Origin: an uncultured delta proteobacterium
Lineage (GTDB): Bacteria; Myxococcota_A; Polyangia; Polyangiales; Polyangiaceae
Direction of reading: 5' to 3'
Length of the DNA stretch: 64,000 bases
Assembly (NCBI GenBank): GCA_963806225.1
Contig: CAWDXG010000004.1
Coordinates: 2,880,001-2,944,000, forward strand
Positions 28,529-38,037 of the stretch are shown piece by piece; the stretch's first letter is position 1, and every line of letters starts with the position of its first letter. Under the pieces are notes generated by a model. The model made no database searches. It was given only the letters and a program-made list of their open reading frames with translations, and had not been told where the DNA came from. Made by a program: the position numbers and the translations under genes.

Positions 28529-28845
28529 CTAGCGGGTGAAGACGATGGAGGCGGGGCCCGATGCGTTGCTTGTCAGGGTCAGCGTGTTGCCGGCCACGCA
28601 GAACCCGTCGGTTTCCGGCGGGCTGCGCCTCGATCGAGTCGAGGAGCTTCACGCTGCCGATGCCGATGTCCTGCTCGCAGTAGCTGGCGGTGCAACCGGC
28701 GAAGTAGACGTTCTTGCTCTCCGTGGTACACGGTGTGCCCTCGACCGCGAGCGGGACGGCGTCGGCTGGATCCTGTGTGGCTGCGGCGCAGTAGACAGTG
28801 TCGGAACCGCCGTATTCGGGCAGGACGCCCCCCGTATTGCAGATC
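28529..28845 (-). pseudogene. 3' fragment of a Cys-containing secreted-protein gene
   Basis: ICNTGGVLPEYGG...CTASYCE...EAQ then, after a +1 shift at 28620-28622, PPETDGFCVAGNTLTLTSNASGPASIVFTR*; no start found. Confidence 0.45.
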
Positions 28846-28849
28846 TGGC

Positions 28850-29848
28850 GCTGCGGGGAGCTCGAGGGCCTGCTGGGAGAGCACATCTACCGGGCACCGC
28901 TTGGGGGACGAGGCTACGCTCCCTTTGTCGAGCACGTTCGGCGCGAAACCGGTGCACAGCATGCAGGGCTGTGGGCAGCTCATCGCGAGGCCGGCACGCT
29001 CGTGCTGGAGGGGCTGCACGATGGTGCACGCATCGAGCTTCTGCCAGACGCGGCCGTGCCGCACTCGTTCCTGCTGTTCGATGCCCGGGGTCTTTCCTTG
29101 TAGGCTGACCACCGGCAGGGTCGGGGTGGCTTGGGACGGCGCGGCGCGTGCGCTGTTCAGGCGGATCGCGCCACACCTCGAACGCTCGCTCCAGAGCTAC
29201 CGGCGCATTCTCCGGCTGGAGTCCGAGCGCCGCGCTCTGGCCGGCGTGCTGGATCGGATCGCTGCGGCCGTCGTGCTGCTCGACGAGCGCGGGACCGTTA
29301 CCGCCACCAACGCGACGGCTGCGCGCCTGCTGGCGTCGAGCTCCGAGCTCGCCATTCGCGCGGGCAGGCTCGAGGCGCGGCGGCGCAGCGACACGCTGCG
29401 CATCGCGCGGGCGATCGAACGGGCCAGGCCTTCCCCGGAGGCGCAACCGAGCGGCGTGATCACTCTGCGCTCCGCGTCCGATGAGCGCCGCCTCTCGCTC
29501 GTGGTCGTGCCCCCACGTCTGCCAGACGGTGCGATAGCGGTCTTCATCAACGATCCCGAGCAGGTGCCGTTGCCGGACGGCGGGACACTGCGCGAGCTGT
29601 ACGGCCTGACCCGGGCCGAATCACGGCTAGCAGGTCTGTTGGCGCGGGGGCTGTCGGTGCAGCAGGCGGCCGCGTCGCTGAGCATCTCCGAACACACCGC
29701 GCGCAACCATCTCAAGGCTGCCCTTGCCGAGACGGGTACGAGTCGTCAGGGAGCGCTCGTGGGTGCTGTGCTCGCAGCTGCGCTGCCTGTCGCGAGTATC
29801 AACGACCCGGTTGGCACGACCGTGCATGTCGGACACGCGTCGTTGTGA
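28850..29848 (+). CDS. PAS + LuxR-type HTH regulator with disrupted N-terminus
   Basis: VLDRIAAAVVLLDERGTVTATNATA (PAS-like); LYGLTRAESRLAGLLARGLSVQQAAASLSISEHTARNHLK (LuxR HTH); the N-terminal segment lies in another frame and stops at 29103. Confidence 0.7.
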   Translation, partial: AAGSSRACWESTSTGHRLGDEATLPLSSTFGAKPVHSMQGCGQLIARPARSCWRGCTMVHASSFCQTRPCRTRSCCSMPGVFPCRLTTGRVGVAWDGAARALFRRIAPHLERSLQSYRRILRLESERRALAGVLDRIAAAVVLLDERGTVTATNATAARLLASSSELAIRAGRLEARRRSDTLRIARAIERARPSPEAQPSGVITLRSASDERRLSLVVVPPRLPDGAIAVFINDPEQVPLPDGGTLRELYGLTRAESRLAGLLARGLSVQQAAASLSISEHTARNHLKAALAETGTSRQGALVGAVLAAALPVASINDPVGTTVHVGHASL

Positions 29849-29964
29849 GCAGCGATTGATCGACGTCAACGGACGCGCGTAGTTCTCGCACGACGCGCGT
29901 CCGCCCACAGCAACGTGTGCGCGTTCCGGACACCCGGGCGGGCAGGAATTCCGAAGTCCGCGAC

Positions 29965-29980
29965 CGGCACAGCGAATGCA
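29965..29980 (+). promoter_or_regulatory. Candidate sigma54 promoter of the multiheme cytochrome gene
   Basis: CGGCACAGCGAATGCA: GG-N10-GC just upstream of ATG 29995. Confidence 0.5.
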
Positions 29981-29994
29981 TTTCGTGTGGGGCG

Positions 29995-32900
29995 ATGTCG
30001 GGCCATAGCTGGGGCTTTGGCACACGCCTGTTTGGGCTGCTCGCGGGGGCGTGCATACTACTTTCCGGGACACTCGCGGTCGCGTGGACGCCGATCTCCC
30101 CACACGACGACCCGCTGGTGCGCATGCCAGGCTCGCAGCCCGCTGACGGCGTGGCGGTCGAGGCGCCGGACCGCTGCCTCAACTGCCACGACAACTATGA
30201 CCCGGCGATCGATCCCGGCTCGCACTGGCTCGGCTCGATGATGGCGCAGGCCGCCCGCGATCCGCTGTTCTGGTCGGCGCTGGCCGTGTCGGCGCAGGAC
30301 TCGATCTGGGCGCTCGGGCGCCCGAACGCGACCGACCTGTGCCTGCGCTGCCACTCGCCCGGCGGCTGGCTCGGCGGGCGTTCGGATCCGACGAATGGCT
30401 CCGCGCTCAGGACTGCCGACTTCGACGGCGTGCAGTGCGATGTCTGCCATCGCGCGGTCGACCCGTTCTTCCAGCAGACCTGGGCGGGCACCCGCGACGG
30501 CAACGACTGGGCCGGCTACTGGGACGAGACGAACCAGAGCTCGACGCCGTCGAACGCGGCCGCAACCCTGACGCTCCAGGCGGATCAGAGTGTGGCCGCG
30601 ACCGTGATGCTGTTCGACGGCGACCCGGGCTACGACGCGAACAGCTGGCTACCGGCTCTCGCCGGCTGGACGGAAAACGGCGGCGGCCAGTACGTCATCT
30701 CGGGAACGCGCGACAAGCGCGCGTCGTTTGCCGACGCAAAACCCAAGCATGGCTTCTACTACAGCCGCTACCACAAGAGCCGCTTCTTCTGCGAAACCTG
30801 CCACGACGTCTCGAACCCCGCCCTCCTGAACCTGGCCTACGGCGGCACCGCGCCGGGCGACGGCGCGACAGTGCTGCCGTCGGAGCAGCAGCCGGCGTAC
30901 TCCTACTTCCACGTCGAGCGGACCTTCTCCGAGTTCCGGCTCTCGGCGTACGGCACCGGCGAAGGCGCGTTCGGGACCGGGTACTACGACCCGTCGACCT
31001 TCTCGACCTCGCGGCCTGGAAACCGCATCGCCACGTGCCAGGACTGCCACATGCCCGACCGCGTCGGCCACGGCTGCAACAAGTCGGGCGTGCTGCTCCG
31101 GCCAACGGAGAGCGTGGAACATCTCAAGAGCGGCCATCCGCTCCACGATCTCACCGGCGGCAACATGCTGATGCCGCGCATCCTGGCCAGCACCGTCACC
31201 GGCTCGCCGAACTACGACGCCACCAATGCGGCACTCTTATCGCAGGGGCCCGCCGTGCTCACGCTCGATCTGACGCAGGGGCTGCCGCTCGACGCGAACG
31301 CCCTACTGGCAGCGTCGTCGCGCGCGCTCGACAACCTGCAGCGCGCCGCGACCATCGAGGGGCTCGCCTACAACTCCACAACCGGCGCGCTCTCGTTCCG
31401 CGTCGTGAACCACACCGGCCACAAGCTCATCTCCGGCTACCCGGAAGGGCGGCGTATGTTCGTCGACGTGCGCGCCTACCAGAGCGGGCAGATCGTGCAC
31501 GAGGTAAACCCGTACGACGACACCGCCGGCACGCTCAAGGGGCTCGGTACGGCGTCGAGCCCGGCGCTCGGCTCGAACGAGGAGTACCGCGACGACCTGG
31601 TATACGAGGAGCGCTCGGCGAGTTCGCTGACCGGCGAGACGCACAGCTTCCACTTCGTCCTGGCCGACGGGCGCTACAAGGACAACCGCATTCCGCCACT
31701 GGGCTTCCGCATCGCACAAGCCACGGCACGCCTGGCACAGCCGGTGTGGAACGGCGTGTCGCGGACGGACTACTTCACGGCGGCGGAGTACGCGGGCGGC
31801 TACGACGCGGTCTCGCTCACGATGCCGGCCGGAGCGGACGGAGTCGAGGTCAGCCTGTACTACCAGACCACCAGCCGCGAGTTCGTGGAGTTTCTGCGGG
31901 ACGAGATCAACGGCACGGGCGGCACGCTGTCGTCGCCCACTCCTTCCGGCGAAACGTCGGCGTACATCGCGCAGAGCGATGCGTTCTTCTCGGGCCTCAA
32001 GGCGTGGGGCGACGTGATCTGGCAGCTCTGGCAGCACAACAAGAGCGTGCCGGGCGCCGCTCCGGTACTGATGGCGCAGGCCGTCATCGGCAGCATCGGC
32101 GATCCATGCGCCAGTGCGGGCTCGGACGGCAAGAGCTGCGACGACGGCAACGCCTGCACCGTGGGGGATGTGTGCGCGAGCGGCGCCTGCGTGCCTGGCA
32201 GTGGGGTGGTGTGTGCACCACTCAACCAGTGCCACGTCGCCGGCACCTGCAACACGACGACCGGACAGTGCGACAATCCGCTCAAGGCCAACGGCAGCGC
32301 GTGCAACGATGGCAGCGCGTGCACAACGGGTGACAGCTGCCAGAACGGCAGCTGCGTGCCCGCGAGCAGCGTCGTGTGCGCCGCGCTCGACGAGTGTCAC
32401 GTCGCGGGCACGTGCGGTCCGTCGAGCGGGGTATGCGACGATCCTGCGCAGCCTGACGGAACCCCGTGCACAGGTGGCGCATGCGCCGGCGGCGTGTGCG
32501 TGCTCGATGGCGGCAGCGGGGGTTCGGCCGGCAGCGGGGGTTCGGCCGGCAGCGCGGGTGTGGGCGGCAGCGCAGGACTCGGCGGCAGCGCAGGACTCGG
32601 CGGCAGCGCAGGACTCGGCGGCAGCGCAGGACTCGGCGGCAACGCGGGCGCCGGCGGTGCGGCGGGCAGCAGCGGCAGCGCGGGCGCCGGCGGCAGCGCG
32701 GGCGTCGGCGGCAGCGCGGGGCTCGGCGGCAGCGCGGGCGTCGGCGGAACCACCGGCAACGATTCGGGGTTCGGCGGAAACGCGGGCCTGGGCGGAACTG
32801 CTGGCATCGACTCGGGCCTCGGCGGCAGCGCAGGCCTTGGTGGTGGCGGCGTAAACATGGGCGGAGGCGCCGGTCAGCTCGTGGATTCCGGCGCGGACGC

Positions 32901-33063
32901 CACGGGCGGTGCAGCGGCCTCGAGCGGCAGCAAAGGCGGCTGTGGCTGCTCGACGCCGGGCGAGGCACCTGGCTCCGGCGGCGTCGTCCTGCTGTGGCTC
33001 GGCCTTGTTGCTGGACTGACACGGAGGCGACGAGCGCTTCTGCGCGAGCGAATCGGCATGTAG
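29995..33063 (+). CDS. Pentaheme c-type cytochrome with Cys-rich repeats, Gly-rich stalk and MYXO-CTERM anchor
   Basis: Signal peptide; CLNCH, CLRCH, CDVCH, CETCH, CQDCH; CDDGNACTVGDVC-type repeats; GGSAGL linker; C-terminus GGCGCSTPG...LLWLGLVAGLTRRRR. Confidence 0.9.
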   Translation: MSGHSWGFGTRLFGLLAGACILLSGTLAVAWTPISPHDDPLVRMPGSQPADGVAVEAPDRCLNCHDNYDPAIDPGSHWLGSMMAQAARDPLFWSALAVSAQDSIWALGRPNATDLCLRCHSPGGWLGGRSDPTNGSALRTADFDGVQCDVCHRAVDPFFQQTWAGTRDGNDWAGYWDETNQSSTPSNAAATLTLQADQSVAATVMLFDGDPGYDANSWLPALAGWTENGGGQYVISGTRDKRASFADAKPKHGFYYSRYHKSRFFCETCHDVSNPALLNLAYGGTAPGDGATVLPSEQQPAYSYFHVERTFSEFRLSAYGTGEGAFGTGYYDPSTFSTSRPGNRIATCQDCHMPDRVGHGCNKSGVLLRPTESVEHLKSGHPLHDLTGGNMLMPRILASTVTGSPNYDATNAALLSQGPAVLTLDLTQGLPLDANALLAASSRALDNLQRAATIEGLAYNSTTGALSFRVVNHTGHKLISGYPEGRRMFVDVRAYQSGQIVHEVNPYDDTAGTLKGLGTASSPALGSNEEYRDDLVYEERSASSLTGETHSFHFVLADGRYKDNRIPPLGFRIAQATARLAQPVWNGVSRTDYFTAAEYAGGYDAVSLTMPAGADGVEVSLYYQTTSREFVEFLRDEINGTGGTLSSPTPSGETSAYIAQSDAFFSGLKAWGDVIWQLWQHNKSVPGAAPVLMAQAVIGSIGDPCASAGSDGKSCDDGNACTVGDVCASGACVPGSGVVCAPLNQCHVAGTCNTTTGQCDNPLKANGSACNDGSACTTGDSCQNGSCVPASSVVCAALDECHVAGTCGPSSGVCDDPAQPDGTPCTGGACAGGVCVLDGGSGGSAGSGGSAGSAGVGGSAGLGGSAGLGGSAGLGGSAGLGGNAGAGGAAGSSGSAGAGGSAGVGGSAGLGGSAGVGGTTGNDSGFGGNAGLGGTAGIDSGLGGSAGLGGGGVNMGGGAGQLVDSGADATGGAAASSGSKGGCGCSTPGEAPGSGGVVLLWLGLVAGLTRRRRALLRERIGM
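32563..32640 (+). repeat. Coding tandem repeat, 18 bp x 4 plus partial copy (GGSAGL)
   Basis: GGCGGCAGCGCAGGACTC repeated perfectly four times, flanked by degenerate copies. Confidence 0.9.
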
Positions 33064-33212
33064 CGTACGACCCCATGGAGAGGGTGACGGAGCTTGGCGA
33101 GGCCGAGCTGCTGACGCTGGCCGGCTTGCTGCCCTGTCTCGATAGCGGCGCAGGATGCAGCGGCAGAGCGCTTCGCGTCCGGCAGCGTCATGAGCGCCTG
33201 CGGTAGTGGCGC

Positions 33213-33704
33213 TCAGAACTGCAAGGTCACCTGCTCCGTGTCGCCGGGTCCGCACTCGGTGGCCGGCGGCGCGTGCACGTTCATGGCCAGATCCAGGGAG
33301 CCGTGCGCCACGCCGCCGGCGCGCGCCTCGACCGACTCGAGATCGAGCGCGAAGTAGCCCTGTGGCACCGACGTGCTCCCGGCGGACAGGATGCACGCGG
33401 ACTTGCTGGACCGGAGCGCGGAGGCGCTCCAGCTGGCGACGCTCGCGGGCGAATACGCGCCGGTTGCGGGCGCTGGTCCGAGATCGACGCGGAACGTCAG
33501 TGCCTGGAGCTCGGCCGTGCTGCCCTGCACCCGGAGCGAGTAGCCGCCACCGCTGGACGCCTCCAGCGTCGCGCAGTCTTTCCCGAGGTCGGCGGTCTCC
33601 ACGACGTTGCCGGACAGCGCGAGCTTGCAGGCGCGATCGGCCGGCGCGGGCGACGAGCAGCCAGCCAGCACGAGGACCAGGAAGATTGCAGCCGGTGCGC
33701 GCAT
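33213..33704 (-). CDS. Small hypothetical lipoprotein
   Basis: MRAPAAIFLVLVLAGC lipobox; starts 8 bp after the stop of the di-heme gene. Confidence 0.8.
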   Translation of the reverse strand: MRAPAAIFLVLVLAGCSSPAPADRACKLALSGNVVETADLGKDCATLEASSGGGYSLRVQGSTAELQALTFRVDLGPAPATGAYSPASVASWSASALRSSKSACILSAGSTSVPQGYFALDLESVEARAGGVAHGSLDLAMNVHAPPATECGPGDTEQVTLQF

Positions 33705-33712
33705 GGTGACCC

Positions 33713-35632
33713 TCACAGCGACCGCAGATACTCGACGAGCGCGCGCCGGTCGTCGGCGCTGTCGGGCGCGCCCGGCATCCTCTTGACGGCATCGTCGAGC
33801 GTCGCGGCGCTGCCGTCGTGCAGATACGGCGGCGTCGACGCGACGCCGTCGAGCGACGGCGTGTCGAACCCGCACGCCGTGCGTGGGTCCCCGTCGATGT
33901 CGTCATGGGCCACGTCGGGGAAAGGCCCCGACTTCACGCAGGTGCCGACGTCGTGCAGCGTGAGCGGCCCGGCGAGATCCAGCGTGGGGTTGCCAGCGCC
34001 GGAATCGGTGAAGCGCGGTCCCGAATGACAGCTGCCGCAGCCGGAGTCCGCGAAGACCTTCTTGCCCTTCTGGACCAGGGACGGATCCGTGGTGGGCGGC
34101 ACGGGAAGCGGAATGGCGTGGTTCACGTAGTCCGCGATCGCGTCGAGCAGATCCTTCTGGGCGACGGGGTCGAAGTTGCCGCCCTGCTCCACGTTTACCG
34201 TCTGGAAGTAGTCCTGGACCTGGGTGCGGTCCGCAGTGCGGAACAGGAAGCCGGTGCCGAGCATCCCGCCCGCATTGGAAGGCGTGTCACGCGGGCCCTG
34301 GGCGAACAGCCACGTGACCGCGTCGCTGCGCCCTTCCATGTGACAGGTCGCGCAGGAGATCCAGTGATCTGTCGTGACCGGGAACTCGGTGCTGTTGGCG
34401 GAGTTGAAGACGTGCTGTCCGAGCCGGAGCTGCTCCGGCATGGGATCCTTCGAGAGCCGCGCGATGGGAGCGCCGTCCACGCTCGCGTCGAGAACGGCCC
34501 CCGACTCGTCCAGATCGAGCACGGCGATGTCGCCCGAGATGCGCTCGTCGACGTACGCCCTCGTACCGTCCGGCGACAGCACGATGCCGTCGGGCATCGC
34601 GCCGGGCAGGGGGCGTACCAGGCCGATTTCCAGCCGTGTGCGCGCGTCGACGATCATCACGTCCTCGCTGTTGGTGTCGACCATCAGCAGATAGCGCCCG
34701 TCGTTCGTGAACGCGAACGCGTGCGGCCCCGACACCACGTCGGAGATCGAGCCGTCGATGCCGGGGATGTCCTGCGCGTCGGTGGAGAACGTCTGCTCCG
34801 CGCCCGCGACGAGCACCGAAAAGGCGGGAAACGCCGTCGACTCGAAGTCGAGGTCGGGTTGGGCGGTGTCCGTGCCGAGCAGCGTGTGCGCCACCCACAT
34901 CTCGCTCGAGCCCGGGCGCGGCGCGACGTTGTACAGGCCGCGCGCCTGGCCGTGGGCCAGCCGTTTGTCGCCGCGCGGCGCGACGTTGGCGATCGCGTGC
35001 GCGGCGACCCGCTTCATGGTTGCCGGGGAAATTTCCGCGGCGCCGGGACCGAGGAACTGGGTCGCGTAGAGCCGCTTTTCGTCCCGCGACCAGCCGAGGG
35101 CCCAGGGTTCGCCCGGTACGTCGACGCTCGCCGTGACCTCGAGCGCGCGCGTGTCGACCTCGACGACGCTGCCGTCCTCTGAGCAGGCGACGAAAGCGTG
35201 CTTCCCGTCGCTCGAAACCACCACGCCGATCGGCTCGCTGCCCACGCGCACGCTGCCCGTGACCTTGGCCGATTCGACGTTGACCGCGTAGAGCCTGCTC
35301 GAACGCTCTCCGGTTACGTACAGCGTCGCGCCGTCCGGCGAGAGCGCCACGTCGCGCGGCATCACCGCCGGCGTGTACGCGCCCGTGCCCGGGTCCACAG
35401 CGGGCGGCGAGGGCGCGAGCAGGATCTCCCGCTGTAGCTTGCGCTTGCCGACGTTGACGACGGACACCGAATCCGCCTCCGGATTGGCGACGAACAGCAG
35501 CCGTCCGTCGGACGACAGCGCCAGCGACGCCGAGTGCGTCGCGACGTGGTCGTGTGCAGAGGAAGTGTGCGGCGGCGCCGAGCACGCGCTGAACGCCAGT
35601 GCGAGAACCACGACGGGTCCCACGAGTCTCAC
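33713..35632 (-). CDS. YVTN/YncE-type beta-propeller fused to a di-heme cytochrome c peroxidase/MauG-like domain (lipoprotein)
   Basis: GTG start overlapping the upstream TGA; AFSAC lipobox; repeated SPDG..LYV blades; CATCH and CGSCH; RDTPS and TPSLDGVASTPPYLHDGSA motifs. Confidence 0.88.
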   Translation of the reverse strand: MRLVGPVVVLALAFSACSAPPHTSSAHDHVATHSASLALSSDGRLLFVANPEADSVSVVNVGKRKLQREILLAPSPPAVDPGTGAYTPAVMPRDVALSPDGATLYVTGERSSRLYAVNVESAKVTGSVRVGSEPIGVVVSSDGKHAFVACSEDGSVVEVDTRALEVTASVDVPGEPWALGWSRDEKRLYATQFLGPGAAEISPATMKRVAAHAIANVAPRGDKRLAHGQARGLYNVAPRPGSSEMWVAHTLLGTDTAQPDLDFESTAFPAFSVLVAGAEQTFSTDAQDIPGIDGSISDVVSGPHAFAFTNDGRYLLMVDTNSEDVMIVDARTRLEIGLVRPLPGAMPDGIVLSPDGTRAYVDERISGDIAVLDLDESGAVLDASVDGAPIARLSKDPMPEQLRLGQHVFNSANSTEFPVTTDHWISCATCHMEGRSDAVTWLFAQGPRDTPSNAGGMLGTGFLFRTADRTQVQDYFQTVNVEQGGNFDPVAQKDLLDAIADYVNHAIPLPVPPTTDPSLVQKGKKVFADSGCGSCHSGPRFTDSGAGNPTLDLAGPLTLHDVGTCVKSGPFPDVAHDDIDGDPRTACGFDTPSLDGVASTPPYLHDGSAATLDDAVKRMPGAPDSADDRRALVEYLRSL

Positions 35633-38037
35633 GGCGTGCTCCGGTGGATGTGGAAGGTCACCGAGCCGGCCAGGGCCGCGGGCAGCTTGGCGTCGTCGAC
35701 CTCCGGCACGCAGTCGTGGTCGCGGTCGGACGTGGCGTTGCGCTGCCCCGGCAGGAACTGATCCTGCTTGCTGCCCGTCTCGCCGGTCAGCGTGCGCTCG
35801 GCCATCTCCAGGCCTCCTCGCGGCAGGCCGTCCAACACGACCACGCACTCGTCCGGCCAGTCGACGAGGCGGTTCTCGTCGCGGTCGTCCCAGCCGTTCA
35901 AGACGAGCTTGTCGAGCCGGCCCACGCGCGATTCGAGCAGCGGCTCGAGAGCCTGCTCTTCCGGCCGCACTGCGACCAGCTCGTACATGTCGCGCAGCGC
36001 GCTCGAGAGCAGCGCGAAGCGGAGCGGCGTGTACTCGACGCTGTCGGTCGGGGCAGGCGTGGCGTCGTAGATCCGCGCGTCCGCGTCGTAGAAGACGCCC
36101 TGCAACCGGTTGAAGACGGCGATCGCGCGCTCCCGGTACCTTACGTCCCCGGTGGCCAGATATGCCGCGAACAGACCACGCTCGGCGGCCGTGTGTGCGT
36201 CGAGCAGATCGTGGTCGTCGAGCCGCGAGCCCTTTTCGACATCCCATCCGTCCCAGGCCCGGCCGCTCTCGTCGGTCAGGTGATCGAACAACAGCCCCGC
36301 CTCGGCGCGCAGGATCTGCTGCATGCGTCCTATCAGCGTACCGCCCGGGGGCGGGTGGCCGGGCAGCGCGTCGAAGGGCGTCTTGCCGATGGCGGTGTCC
36401 GGTTTGTTGTTGGAATAGAGCTGGAGCTGCGAGCTCAGCGATCTGAGCGCGTTGCGCAGCGCCAGGATCGAATAGGCGACGGAGGTCGTGGAAACGGTCG
36501 CGCCGCGGCTCGGCGAGGCGCCCTTCATGGTCACGTCGTCGACGAGTAGATCCGACGCCGGATCGACGTGCAACCGATCCAGATCGACCAGAGCGACGCG
36601 CAACACGCCGAGCGCGCGGTCGTGCAGCGTGGGCTCGCCGTCCGCTTTCTGGTCGTCGGCCGGGAACGGATCGCCGTCGAAATAGGCCCGTGCCGGCTCG
36701 GACCCGCCCACGCCGGCGTTGGCCGTGTCGGTGAGCGCGTAGATCTCCGAGTAGCCGAGCACCATCCCGAGCAGGTCGAGCAGGTGGGTGTCAGGGCTCG
36801 AGAGCGAATACGCCGGGCGAAGAAAGCCGGAGCCGTCGTCCGTCTCCGTCACCTTGACCGCAGCGGGAAACCAGCGAAGCGGCGTCTCGTAGTCGTACGC
36901 CAGGGCCGCATCCAGCGACGCGAAGCCCGAGAGCGCCTTGCCGTCGCTCGTGCCGAGGTGCATCAGCCAGTCCTCGGCGCGGTCGTCGAGCTCCTCGATG
37001 AACAGCGCGGCCTGGAAGCCCTCGATATCGCTCGAGCCGAGGTAGGTGCCTGCTTTCGTGGCGGTCTTGCTGTTGTCGCGACCGACAACCTGGTTGTCCA
37101 CGCTTCCGACCTGGTCCAGTGCCGCGTCGTCGACTTCCGCGACCGGCGCTTCGGCGGAGTCGTGCATCACCTGCAGGTAGTTGATGACCCACAGCCCGTA
37201 CTTCCACGCGCTGAAGCCGTCGGCTCCGGGCGAGACGATCTTGTCGACCTGCTGGTCGCGGTTGGGCAGGTGCAGGCTCGTCGCGTCGCACTCGTAGTCG
37301 GCGCTGACCAGCGAGCCGGTGGCGCCGGGATCGTCGTCCGAGCTGATCGTGCAGCCGAGAACCGCGGCACTCGTCGCATCGATCGCCGGATCGAAGCTCC
37401 GGAACACATGCGCGGTCGGCCAGATGCCTGGCCAGCCGAGCGGATTGTCCGCGGGCTTTCCCTTGGCGAGCGAGTTCCGGTTGCCGTTGCGCGGGTTGTC
37501 TGCGGGGTATGTTCCAGCGGGAAAGACGAAGCGCCCGAACGCGTGGCTCGCTTCGGCGAAGTGCTGGATCCTGTCGGCGAGCAGACCGACGGCTTCGGCG
37601 CCGGAGCGGCCGTCGGGATTGACGAGCGGTCCGTAGACGAGCGAGGTTCCCGCGCCCGACTCGAACGCGATGTTGTTCATCGGCTGCTTGGAGTACTCGT
37701 AGCTCTCCACGCCTGTGGAGAAGCCGGGCAGATCGATCCAGGGTCCGATCGCGCCCGGTGATCGATCGAAGTAGATGTCCGTCGGCACGTGGTCGCGGCT
37801 GTATCCGCCGAGATCGCGCCCCATGGCCTCGGCGAACGGCTCGCCGGAGATCTGCATCTCGGCGCCGGCCAGGAATGCGTCCCGGGTATCGAAGCGGGTG
37901 CTGCCCACGCTGGCCGTGATGCTGGCCGTCTGCAGCTTCAGGCCGCCATCGGTGTGGGAGGCCGTTCCGGCGGGCTCTTTCGCCGAGCAGGCGCCGCAGA
38001 GGCCAAGGATGAAAATGATTTTCATTTTCATTTTCAA
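35629..38037 (-). CDS. Large hypothetical lipoprotein (about 800 aa) with helical C-terminal region
   Basis: MKIIFILGLCGAC lipobox; strong GC3 bias; GLFAAYLATGDVRYRERA resembles six-hairpin alpha/alpha repeats; DxDxD/N loops near the C-terminus. The true start is probably one of the ATGs at 38031 or 38025. Confidence 0.85.
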   Translation of the reverse strand: MKMKMKIIFILGLCGACSAKEPAGTASHTDGGLKLQTASITASVGSTRFDTRDAFLAGAEMQISGEPFAEAMGRDLGGYSRDHVPTDIYFDRSPGAIGPWIDLPGFSTGVESYEYSKQPMNNIAFESGAGTSLVYGPLVNPDGRSGAEAVGLLADRIQHFAEASHAFGRFVFPAGTYPADNPRNGNRNSLAKGKPADNPLGWPGIWPTAHVFRSFDPAIDATSAAVLGCTISSDDDPGATGSLVSADYECDATSLHLPNRDQQVDKIVSPGADGFSAWKYGLWVINYLQVMHDSAEAPVAEVDDAALDQVGSVDNQVVGRDNSKTATKAGTYLGSSDIEGFQAALFIEELDDRAEDWLMHLGTSDGKALSGFASLDAALAYDYETPLRWFPAAVKVTETDDGSGFLRPAYSLSSPDTHLLDLLGMVLGYSEIYALTDTANAGVGGSEPARAYFDGDPFPADDQKADGEPTLHDRALGVLRVALVDLDRLHVDPASDLLVDDVTMKGASPSRGATVSTTSVAYSILALRNALRSLSSQLQLYSNNKPDTAIGKTPFDALPGHPPPGGTLIGRMQQILRAEAGLLFDHLTDESGRAWDGWDVEKGSRLDDHDLLDAHTAAERGLFAAYLATGDVRYRERAIAVFNRLQGVFYDADARIYDATPAPTDSVEYTPLRFALLSSALRDMYELVAVRPEEQALEPLLESRVGRLDKLVLNGWDDRDENRLVDWPDECVVVLDGLPRGGLEMAERTLTGETGSKQDQFLPGQRNATSDRDHDCVPEVDDAKLPAALAGSVTFHIHRSTP
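38009..38036. promoter_or_regulatory. Fur-family (Fur/Zur-like) operator array
   Basis: ATGAAAAT-G-ATTTTCAT perfect inverted repeat (38009-38025) extended by TTTTCA hexamers; a strongly AT-rich patch in GC-rich DNA; minus-strand TTGACA at 38068-38063. Confidence 0.65.

Noticed and set aside
32563..32640. CRISPR array
   Set aside because: Repeats are contiguous without spacers and encode a Gly-rich linker; no cas genes seen in the window.
33713..35632. Hydrazine synthase or nitrite reductase assignment
   Set aside because: Propeller plus di-heme architecture is widespread; no partner subunits or heme d1 genes in the window.
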